Part shown: positions 7,827 through 15,350 of the stretch, piece after piece
Layout: every line of letters starts with the position of its first letter
Position numbering within the stretch: position 1 is the first letter of the stretch
Source of the DNA: an uncultured Clostridia bacterium
GTDB lineage: Bacteria > Bacillota > Clostridia > Christensenellales > UBA1242
DNA length: 64,000 nucleotides
Direction of reading: 5' to 3'
NCBI GenBank assembly: GCA_947593585.1
Contig: CANQDP010000002.1
Location: 53,947-117,946, forward strand
Notes under the pieces: generated by a model
Database searches by the model: none
What the model was told of the DNA's origin: nothing
Seen by the model: only the letters and a program-made list of their open reading frames with translations
Translations under genes and position numbers: made by a program

Positions 7827-9047
7827 TTAATTGTTTACCATCCAATCTACATAAACTCCATAGCCAAGAGTTGGGTCATTTACAAACACATGCGTAACCG
7901 CTCCCACAATCTTGCCGTTTTGCACAATCGGGCTGCCACTCATGCCTTGAATTATTCCTCCCGTTTTGTTTAGCAATTCTTTGTCGGTTACTTTGATTAT
8001 CATGCTTTTGTCGTCTGCGGACTTTTGCTTATTAGCCTTTATGATTTTCACATCATAGGCTTTCACGCCGCCGTTATCTAATGCACAATATATTTTTGCA
8101 TCTCCCAGTTTCACAGAAAGCCTGCCACCCAAACTTGCTGTTCGCTCTGCGTCTATCACCGTTTTGTTTAAAATGTTGCCATACACACCAAACTCGCAAT
8201 TAGTGTCTGCAAGACCAATGGCGTCATCGCTAAGGTTGATTGAAGAGCGGATTTCCCCCGGATTGTTTTTTTCGCCCTTTTTAATGCCTAGCAAACGGCA
8301 CTTATAAATGTTGCCACTGCCAACAGAAAAATTCTCACCCAAACTATTATCCACGATTGGATGCCCAACCGCACCAAATCTAAAATCGCTCAGTTTCACA
8401 TAGGTTAGCGTGCCCACTCCGCTTGCGTTGTTTCTAACCCACAATCCTAATTTATAATTCTGGCCGAGAATGTCAAATGCGGGCTTGATTTTTGTGGTGA
8501 TTATTTGGTCGTCCCGCTTCAATGTAACTTCAAGTTCTTTGCCTGCAAGAGAGGGCAGATTGATGATGCGGTTTACATCTTGAATGTTTTCTATTGTGAT
8601 GTTTTCAATTTTTAATATGGCATCACCTTCCAAAATTCCGCTATCCTTGATTGGCTCTTGCAAGCCATCACTCGTAACCACGGCATTGCTGCCCACGCAG
8701 ATAACCCCTTCACTGAAAAGATTAAACCCAACCGTTTCGCCACCAACATAAACATCTGTGTCGGCAAGCAGGCGAACATTCACTTTTTTAATTGTGAACA
8801 AATTGAAAAGTTTCACTTTCATTACTGTGTCGGTGAGTTCGCCCGTGGAAGAAACATCGATATTTTCAGGCAGTTGAAGGTTAATTACGGGTGAAAATTC
8901 GTTTGAACTATTTGCTTCTTCAATGTCACTGAAAGTAACCACCATATCGTCTGGCAGACTATTGACCTTTTTTATGCTTGGCAAGATAAAGGCGGTGCCC
9001 ACCATTGTTATTGCCAAAAATATTGAAATAAAAAACAATTTTCTCAT
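7827..9047 (-). CDS. spoIVB: SpoIVB peptidase (S55), sporulation signalling protease
   Basis: N-terminal TM segment, PDZ-like region, and C-terminal GMSGSPIVQNGKIVGAVTHVFVNDPTLGYGVYVDWM, which closely matches the SpoIVB catalytic region. Confidence 0.9.
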   Translation of the reverse strand: MRKLFFISIFLAITMVGTAFILPSIKKVNSLPDDMVVTFSDIEEANSSNEFSPVINLQLPENIDVSSTGELTDTVMKVKLFNLFTIKKVNVRLLADTDVYVGGETVGFNLFSEGVICVGSNAVVTSDGLQEPIKDSGILEGDAILKIENITIENIQDVNRIINLPSLAGKELEVTLKRDDQIITTKIKPAFDILGQNYKLGLWVRNNASGVGTLTYVKLSDFRFGAVGHPIVDNSLGENFSVGSGNIYKCRLLGIKKGEKNNPGEIRSSINLSDDAIGLADTNCEFGVYGNILNKTVIDAERTASLGGRLSVKLGDAKIYCALDNGGVKAYDVKIIKANKQKSADDKSMIIKVTDKELLNKTGGIIQGMSGSPIVQNGKIVGAVTHVFVNDPTLGYGVYVDWMVNN

Positions 9048-9154
9048 AAAAGCCTCTTTTGCTAGTGTGTGAAATGTTGAAATTTTTATGTGCCGCCTTT
9101 TTTACAAAATTTGTAAAAACACACAACCAAGTTTGCTAAAAAATAAAAAACCGC

Positions 9155-9182
9155 TTGACAAATTTCAAATTTTATGTAAAAT
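9155..9182 (+). promoter_or_regulatory. rpsO promoter
   Basis: TTGACA (9155-9160), 16 nt, TAAAAT (9177-9182), followed by an approximately 80-nt leader. Confidence 0.5.
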
Positions 9183-9262
9183 ATGCGGTGTACCTAAACA
9201 AAGTTGAGCGACACTCCAACGCCAACTTGGTTTGAGGCGAATATAATTAAAAGGAGAAGTTT

Positions 9263-9523
9263 ATGAAAATCAATAAGGCAGAAGTGGTTAAAACTTATGG
9301 CAAAAATGAAGCCGACACAGGCAGTGTTGAAGTTCAAATTGCTTTGCTCACAGAAAGAATTAAAAACTTAACTGAGCACCTTAAATCAAACAAGCAAGAT
9401 TTGCACTCAACTCGTGGGCTAAACAAGATGGTTTCCACCCGCAAGAAATTGTTGGATTATTTGTCTAAGAAAGACATTAATCGTGCCCGTGCAATCAAGC
9501 AAAAACTTGGCATTCGCGGTTGA
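9263..9523 (+). CDS. rpsO: 30S ribosomal protein S15
   Basis: [34 protein letters not shown]...RKKLLDYL. Strong SD aaaggag. Confidence 0.95.
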   Translation: MKINKAEVVKTYGKNEADTGSVEVQIALLTERIKNLTEHLKSNKQDLHSTRGLNKMVSTRKKLLDYLSKKDINRARAIKQKLGIRG

Positions 9524-9528
9524 TAAAA

Positions 9529-9554
9529 AATGGCTGATCTCAGTCATTTTTTTG
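9529..9554 (+). terminator. rpsO terminator
   Basis: Stem atggctga/tcagtcat (one G-U pair) followed by a T7 run. Confidence 0.6.
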
Positions 9555-9586
9555 TTTTATTTTTTAAATTATGCTAAAATATAAAT

Positions 9587-10297
9587 ATGAAGATTGAAAA
9601 ATATGATAAAAATAAAGATATTTCATTTGCCTTTGGTGCTTTCCCAACATTTGAGCTAATTAAAGCAAAAGCGCAAAATGTGGTGGCGGTGATTTATCAC
9701 TCTAAATTAAAAAAGACAGAGGAAGTGGCGAACCTCTTTAATCTTTGCAAAAAACACGACATTAAAGTTGAACAAGACGATAAAACGATTGAAAAGATTG
9801 CAAACAAAGAAAATGTATTTGTGATAGGCGTGTTTAAAAAATATGTCGGCACAAAGATGGGCGGACACAACCTAGTGCTCGTTAATCCAAGCGATATGGG
9901 AAATCTTGGCACGATTATGCGCACGGCGCTTGGTTTTGGCATAAAAAACATAATTATTGTTAAGCCTGCAGTGGATTATTTTAATCCAAAAGTGGTAAGA
10001 TCCAGCATGGGCGCAATTTTTTCACTCAATATTGTTGAATATGAAAATCTAAATGATTATCTAAACACTAAAAATGAGAAATATTTCTTTATGCTAAATG
10101 GCAAACAAATATTAGGCAGTTTTAAAATAACTGATAGCGCTTTTGACTTAGTCTTTGGCAATGAAGCGCATGGGCTTCCTATTGAATGCGAAAATTTTGG
10201 CAAAACAGTTTTAATTAAACATAGCAGCAAAATCGATAGCCTAAATTTGCCAATTAGTGTGGGTATCGCGCTATATGAAACTTTTAAGGTTTTATAA
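9587..10297 (+). CDS. TrmH/SpoU-family RNA 2'-O-methyltransferase
   Basis: NLGTIMRTALGFG, FGNEAHGLP and SLNLPISVGIALYE motifs. No SD: TGcTAAAAT (9572-9580) lies 6 nt before the ATG. Confidence 0.85.
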   Translation: MKIEKYDKNKDISFAFGAFPTFELIKAKAQNVVAVIYHSKLKKTEEVANLFNLCKKHDIKVEQDDKTIEKIANKENVFVIGVFKKYVGTKMGGHNLVLVNPSDMGNLGTIMRTALGFGIKNIIIVKPAVDYFNPKVVRSSMGAIFSLNIVEYENLNDYLNTKNEKYFFMLNGKQILGSFKITDSAFDLVFGNEAHGLPIECENFGKTVLIKHSSKIDSLNLPISVGIALYETFKVL

Positions 10298-10487
10298 GAG
10301 TGCAAATCTCCACTCGCATAACTTTTGCAATTTTAAAAAGCGCTTCGATGATAAAGTTTTTGCCATTAAAAATTTTATATAGTGTGGAAGAGCTAATTCG
10401 ACACAATTCGCAAAATTTTGCTATTGATAAATTATTCTTTTTAATGTATTGCTTTATCAAGTCGGTTTCGACAACATCTAAATCCAC
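10284..10487 (-). CDS. Small HTH protein (Cro-like partner, copy A1), probable GTG start
   Basis: AAAGGAGG sits 5 nt upstream of the GTG at 10487. NNLSIAKFCELCRISSSTLYKIF...IAKV is homologous to the 41809 gene product (NNLTKAKFCKACKIGREMLEKIL...IAKA). Confidence 0.6.
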   Translation of the reverse strand: MDLDVVETDLIKQYIKKNNLSIAKFCELCRISSSTLYKIFNGKNFIIEALFKIAKVMRVEICTLIKP

Positions 10488-10500
10488 AACTTCCTCCTTT

Positions 10501-10544
10501 GCAACAATTGGTATAATTACAATGTACCAATTGGTACAAGTCAA
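10501..10544. promoter_or_regulatory. Divergent control region: perfect 14-bp palindrome GTACCAATTGGTAC inside the A1 promoter spacer, plus a related half-site
   Basis: Minus strand: TTGACT (10539-10544), 17 nt, TGTAAT (10516-10521). The palindrome at 10524-10537 lies entirely in the spacer. The related site gcaaCAATTGGTAt is at 10501-10514. Confidence 0.5.
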
Positions 10545-10577
10545 GTATTTTTGCAATATTTGTTGTAAAATTTTTTT

Positions 10578-10781
10578 ATGATTAAATTTGCAGAAAGATT
10601 AAAAGAATTGAGATTGGAAAATAATTTAACGCAAGAGCAACTTGGAATTAAAGTTGCTTTAACACATACGGCAATTAGTTATTGGGAGGCCGGCAAAAGA
10701 ATGCCCAGCATTGAAGCGGTTGTTATTTTGTCTAAATTTTTTAAAGTCAGTTTGGATTATATGGTTGGGCTTGAAGATTAG
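10578..10781 (+). CDS. XRE-family HTH regulator (FAERLKELR type, copy X0)
   Basis: MIKFAERLKELRLENNLTQEQLG...ISYWEAGKRMPS...DYMVGLED. No SD: TAAAAT (10566-10571) lies 6 nt before the ATG. Confidence 0.8.
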   Translation: MIKFAERLKELRLENNLTQEQLGIKVALTHTAISYWEAGKRMPSIEAVVILSKFFKVSLDYMVGLED

Positions 10782-10890
10782 ATTTTACACAAATAGCTTT
10801 TGCAAAAACGCAAGCATAACGCTTGTTTTTTTTATTTTTTTGTGATAAAATAGAAAAGTGTATTATTATGAGCATTTTTAAGGAGAAAAA

Positions 10891-12978
10891 ATGAAAGAAG
10901 CAATTTACAAAACAGAAATCGGCGGGCGAGAAGTTAGTGTGCAACTTGGCAAATATTGTGGCCAAGCCAGCGGGCACTGCATCGTGCGCTGCGGCGACAC
11001 GGTGGTTATGGTAAACGCCACTATGAGCAAAGCCCCTCGTCCGGGCATGGACTTCTTCCCACTTCAAGTGGATTATGAAGAGAAGATGTATAGCGTGGGC
11101 AAAATCCCCGGCGGGTGGAAAAGGCGTGAAGGCAGGCCTGCAGATAGCGCAATTTTGCGTTCTAGGCTTATTGACCGACCATTGCGCCCAATGTTCCCAA
11201 AAGGGTTTTATAATGATGTAACGGTCATTGCCACACCATTGTCTGTGGACCCAGACATAAGTCCAGAGCCACTTGCAATGCTTGGCAGCTCTATTGCATT
11301 GTCAATTAGCCCAATTCCTTTTGAAGAGCCAACGGGTGCAGTCAAAGTGGGCTGTGTGGACGGCAAATTTATCGTAAACCCAACCGAAGAAGAGCAAGAT
11401 AAGAGCGTGATTGACCTAACAGTGAGTGGCACAAAAGAGGCTGTGCTGATGGTTGAAGCGGGCGCAAAAGAAGTGAGCGAAGAGCTCATGCTTAATGCAA
11501 TCATGTTTGCTCATGAAGAGATTAAAAAGCAGGTTGCATTCATTGAAAATATGGTTAAAGACCTTAAAGTGGTGAAAACCGATAAGGTTGAATTTGACGA
11601 AATTCCAGAAGAAATAGACAAAGCCGTTAGAGAATATGCTAGCACAAAAATGGATAAGGCGCTTGAAGAGTATGACCGCCATGCGCGTGAGGCCCTAGAA
11701 GAAGAGTTAAACGCAGATGTGAACGAGCATTTCCAAGAAGTTTATCCTGAGCAAATGAAGGCGGTTGGCCAAGTTTTATACAACATCAAAAAAGAAAAAG
11801 TTCGCCACAAAATTTTATATAAAGGCATTCGTCCAGATGGCAGAAAGACAAACGAAATCCGCCCAATTTGGTGTGAAGTTGGGCTGTTGCCAAGAGTGCA
11901 CGGCTCGGCAGTGTTCACCCGCGGTGAAACACAAGTTTTAACCACTTGCACACTAGGCATGGTGAGTGAAGCGCAAGAGCTTGAAGGTTTGGACGGCGAA
12001 GAATATAAGCGTTATATGCATCAATATAACATGCCTGGCTACACCACCGGTGAAGCCAAGGCTCTTAAATCTCCGGGAAGGCGAGAAATTGGTCATGGTG
12101 CGTTGGCAGAGCGTGCCCTTATGGCTGTTATTCCAAGCGAGGAGGAGTTCCCTTATGCAATCCGCACAGTGAGTGATGTGCTCTCTTCAAACGGCTCCAC
12201 TTCACAAGCGTCTGTTTGCGGCAGCACCCTTGCATTGATGGATGCGGGCGTGCCAATCAAAGCACCTGTTGCAGGCATTGCAATGGGTTTGATGAAAGAT
12301 AAAGATAGCGACAAAGTGGCAGTGCTCACAGACATTCAAGGCTTGGAAGATTTCTTGGGAGATATGGACTTTAAAGTGGCAGGCACGGCTAAAGGCATCA
12401 CCGCCATTCAAATGGATATTAAAATTCACGGCATAGATAGAAACATTTTAACCACCGCACTTGAGCAGGCTAGAGTGGGCAGGCTTGAAATCTTAAAGAA
12501 GATGTTGGCAGTGATTAAAGAGCCAAGAAAAGAGCTTTCTAAATATGCTCCAAAGATTGTAACTTTCAAGATTGACCCAGACAAAATTCGTGATGTTATT
12601 GGCACGGGCGGGAAGGTCATCAATCAAATCATTGCCGAAACCGGCGTGAAGATAGACATTAAAGATGAGGGCGATGTGTTCGTTTCAAGTCAAGACCAAG
12701 CTATGATAGATAAAGCCAAGGCCATGATTATTGCCATTGCCACAGACTTTGAGTTGAACTGCGAATATGACGGCAAAGTTACGCGTACCACACAATTCGG
12801 TGCTTTCGTTGAGGTTGCTCCGGGCAAAGAAGGGATGATTCACATTTCAAAACTCAGCAAAGAGCATGTTGAGAAAGTGGAAGATGTGGTGAAAGTTGGC
12901 GATAGAGTGCGCGTTAAAACAATTAAGATAGACGAGCGTGGCAGAGTGGATATGAAACTAGTTGAAAAATTGAACTAA
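10891..12978 (+). CDS. pnp: Polyribonucleotide nucleotidyltransferase (PNPase)
   Basis: 695 aa with two RNase PH domains, a KH domain and an S1 domain (GKVTRTTQFGAFVEV). SD aaggag. Confidence 0.97.
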   Translation: MKEAIYKTEIGGREVSVQLGKYCGQASGHCIVRCGDTVVMVNATMSKAPRPGMDFFPLQVDYEEKMYSVGKIPGGWKRREGRPADSAILRSRLIDRPLRPMFPKGFYNDVTVIATPLSVDPDISPEPLAMLGSSIALSISPIPFEEPTGAVKVGCVDGKFIVNPTEEEQDKSVIDLTVSGTKEAVLMVEAGAKEVSEELMLNAIMFAHEEIKKQVAFIENMVKDLKVVKTDKVEFDEIPEEIDKAVREYASTKMDKALEEYDRHAREALEEELNADVNEHFQEVYPEQMKAVGQVLYNIKKEKVRHKILYKGIRPDGRKTNEIRPIWCEVGLLPRVHGSAVFTRGETQVLTTCTLGMVSEAQELEGLDGEEYKRYMHQYNMPGYTTGEAKALKSPGRREIGHGALAERALMAVIPSEEEFPYAIRTVSDVLSSNGSTSQASVCGSTLALMDAGVPIKAPVAGIAMGLMKDKDSDKVAVLTDIQGLEDFLGDMDFKVAGTAKGITAIQMDIKIHGIDRNILTTALEQARVGRLEILKKMLAVIKEPRKELSKYAPKIVTFKIDPDKIRDVIGTGGKVINQIIAETGVKIDIKDEGDVFVSSQDQAMIDKAKAMIIAIATDFELNCEYDGKVTRTTQFGAFVEVAPGKEGMIHISKLSKEHVEKVEDVVKVGDRVRVKTIKIDERGRVDMKLVEKLN

Positions 12979-13006
12979 AAAAAGAAGGCTGTTGCCTTCT
13001 TTTTTA
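12979..13006. terminator. Bidirectional terminator (pnp / 444-aa gene)
   Basis: Stem agaaggc/gccttct with A and T flanks. Confidence 0.65.
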
Positions 13007-14338
13007 AATTGTGAGGTCGCTATTAGTTTCTTCAAAGCCATCTGTTTCTTGCTTTGGCTTTTTAGGGCGCAAAATGATTGAACTTAAATAGCTCTGCAAC
13101 TCTGGGCTATCAACATCGGCAAACACCTTTTTAAGCTCGGATTTTGGGCAAGTTCTGAATAGTGTCTTAGGATTGTGTTTTAAAAAGAAGTTGCTTGGCA
13201 GAGCTTGAATTAAATCTGGATTTTGGAATAGCACTTGCCCAACTTTCAAGCCACAATAATTGGTGGCAGTGTCCAACTCCTCCGGCGATAGATATTGCAA
13301 CACAGATGGGGCGGACACCAAGAGAGAGTTATATAATTCTGGGTTGTGAGCCAAGTTGGATTTCAATGGGCCGCCTCTAAGCTTTGAATAGCAAGAAGGG
13401 TCTAGAGAAATGGCGAAACGCACATCGTCAGAATTTGTGAGCATATTCACACAGTCTGGGAAGAATTTCATATAGTGATTAACAAAAATTTCATTTGAAG
13501 TGATGCCCGCAGATTTTAGGCGAGGCAAAACTTTTTGCCTAAGTTCTTCCACACTGATAATTCCCGCCTTGTTTGAGCCGTCCGTCTTAAATTGGGACCG
13601 TTTTAACACTTCGTAATCTCCAACTGTGAACCCCTCAATTGGAAATTTTTCGCTAAGCACAAATCTTGGATATTTGTCGGCAAGAGAGAACATAAGTTTG
13701 TTATAAAGCGACACAAAATTTGATTTCATTGTGGTGAATTCAACAATCTTTTGATAGTGCTCATCGCTAAAATCTTTAAAAGAATTTAAGTCACTTTCAA
13801 ACCTTTCAAAAGCCTTATCCACGCCCTCCTCTTTAAAAGATGCCAAAATTTTATATTTCAGGCTGGTTTTGGTGAGCTCGCCATCGAAGGCTTCTTCAAT
13901 CAGCCTTAGTGCTTCCTTTAGCTCGCCATCGTCCGAGCTTAATATGTCTTCTGCCTCTTGGCAGGCACGAGAAAGCCATTTGTTTGCTTCAATTTCTTTA
14001 TGAAAAACGTCCATTGCCTTCCTTAATCCGCCCTTTTGCACTGCACTTAAAAATTTTGCTTTAAATTCTTCAAGTGGACTGTTGAGCTGGTCGGCAATTT
14101 TCTTTTCAATATCTGCAATTCGTGCTATTGCGGCGCTTTTGTTCTCATGATATTTCTTTTGCTTATCTTTAGTTTCGTCAGAAAGATTTTCATAAGTGGA
14201 CATTGCGTTCTCTTGAGCCCTCAATAGCTGCTTATCTAATTCTTCCGTCCTCTGGCGTTTTGTGAGAAGTTGATTGGCTGCCTCTAGCCTTTTATAATCG
14301 TCAGCATGGCGCCTTCCATTTATTTGATAAAACGACAT
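13004..14338 (-). CDS. Hypothetical protein, 444 aa (coiled-coil N-terminal half)
   Basis: Long ORF with its own TTGACA-17-TATGAT promoter (about 14361-14389, minus strand) and SD gaggtga. No motif recognised. Confidence 0.6.
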   Translation of the reverse strand: MSFYQINGRRHADDYKRLEAANQLLTKRQRTEELDKQLLRAQENAMSTYENLSDETKDKQKKYHENKSAAIARIADIEKKIADQLNSPLEEFKAKFLSAVQKGGLRKAMDVFHKEIEANKWLSRACQEAEDILSSDDGELKEALRLIEEAFDGELTKTSLKYKILASFKEEGVDKAFERFESDLNSFKDFSDEHYQKIVEFTTMKSNFVSLYNKLMFSLADKYPRFVLSEKFPIEGFTVGDYEVLKRSQFKTDGSNKAGIISVEELRQKVLPRLKSAGITSNEIFVNHYMKFFPDCVNMLTNSDDVRFAISLDPSCYSKLRGGPLKSNLAHNPELYNSLLVSAPSVLQYLSPEELDTATNYCGLKVGQVLFQNPDLIQALPSNFFLKHNPKTLFRTCPKSELKKVFADVDSPELQSYLSSIILRPKKPKQETDGFEETNSDLTI

Positions 14339-14519
14339 TTTTCACCTCGCTCGTTATCATAACATTAATGTGCGCCTTTGTCAACGACAAATTCAAAATT
14401 TTTTAGTGAATTTTTAGTTTTTGTTGCGTTGAAAAAAGCACGCCACAATTTGTTGTGTCAAGTGGGGAGGCGGGCTCAAATTTATCATAGAATTTAAAAC
14501 CGATGAATATAAATGTTTT

Positions 14520-15212
14520 ATGAAAAAAAGCAGAATTGTGGCAAATGTGGTGATTGTTTTTATGTTTGTGGCGCTGATTGGGCTTAGCCTCAGCAATGTG
14601 CGTGCGCAAAAAGTGCAGGCGGACAATCGGGTGGTGTATGCCGGCAACACGCAAAGCACGAATGTCTGCTTTATGATTAATGTCTATCAAGGCAATGAAT
14701 ATATTGAAGATATGCTCGACATTTTAGATGTGTATAAGGTGAAAACCACTTTCTTTGTGGGCGGATGTTGGGCGGCAAAGAACTTGGATATGGTGAGCAA
14801 AATTTATTCAAGAGGGCACGAAATTGCCAACCACGGCTTCAACCATCGCGACCAAGACAAACTCGATTATGACGGCAACATTCAAGAAATTAAGGCTTGC
14901 CACGAGTTGATAAGCAAAAATTTGGGCGTGGAAATGCATTTGTTTGCCCCACCAAGTGGAGCATATAACACAACCACAGTGGACGCTGCCATCAATCTAA
15001 ACTACACCACAATTATGTGGACGCACGACACAATCGACTGGCGCGACCAGGACGAAAACTTAATTTTTAAGCGAGCCACAAAAAATCTATCTAATGGCGA
15101 TTTAATTTTGATGCATCCCACCAAGAAAACAGTGGACGCCTTAACAGATATTTTGGCGTTTGCAATAAACAACGGATTTAACCCCACCACCGTTTCAAAT
15201 TGCTTAAAATAA
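14520..15212 (+). CDS. Polysaccharide deacetylase (NodB homology domain), PdaB-like
   Basis: Signal/TM segment, then TFFVGGCW, HEIANHGFNH and FAPPSGAY motifs. TATAAA lies 6 nt before the ATG and there is no SD. Confidence 0.85.
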   Translation: MKKSRIVANVVIVFMFVALIGLSLSNVRAQKVQADNRVVYAGNTQSTNVCFMINVYQGNEYIEDMLDILDVYKVKTTFFVGGCWAAKNLDMVSKIYSRGHEIANHGFNHRDQDKLDYDGNIQEIKACHELISKNLGVEMHLFAPPSGAYNTTTVDAAINLNYTTIMWTHDTIDWRDQDENLIFKRATKNLSNGDLILMHPTKKTVDALTDILAFAINNGFNPTTVSNCLK

Positions 15213-15248
15213 TCTTTTTTGACGAATTGTGGGAAAATCTTCAAAATC

Positions 15249-15284
15249 TTTCAAACCCGATAAAAAGGTTTGAAATTTTTTTTA
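15249..15284 (+). terminator. Probable terminator after the deacetylase gene
   Basis: Stem tttcaaacc/ggtttgaaa followed by a T8 run. Confidence 0.5.
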
Positions 15285-15350
15285 AAATTTGTATAATAAA
15301 TATTATAAGTTAAGAGCCGCCGGCTCAACATTCGTTGTTTAGGGGGTTTT

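Noticed and set aside
9048-9100. Sigma-G/F-type promoter upstream of spoIVB (CACACTA as a CATxxTA-like -10)
   Set aside because: Only a partial -10 match, and I could not find a convincing -35. The evidence is too weak to annotate.
9183-9262. Possible S15 autoregulatory structure in the rpsO leader
   Set aside because: An imperfect hairpin (caaagttg...caacttgg) exists, but I cannot show a pseudoknot or a three-way-junction mimic by eye. It is left unannotated.
10300-10581. 93-aa plus-strand ORF overlapping the Cro-like gene and the control region
   Set aside because: It is antisense to an HTH gene with a strong SD and has no initiation signals of its own. It would also read through both divergent promoters.
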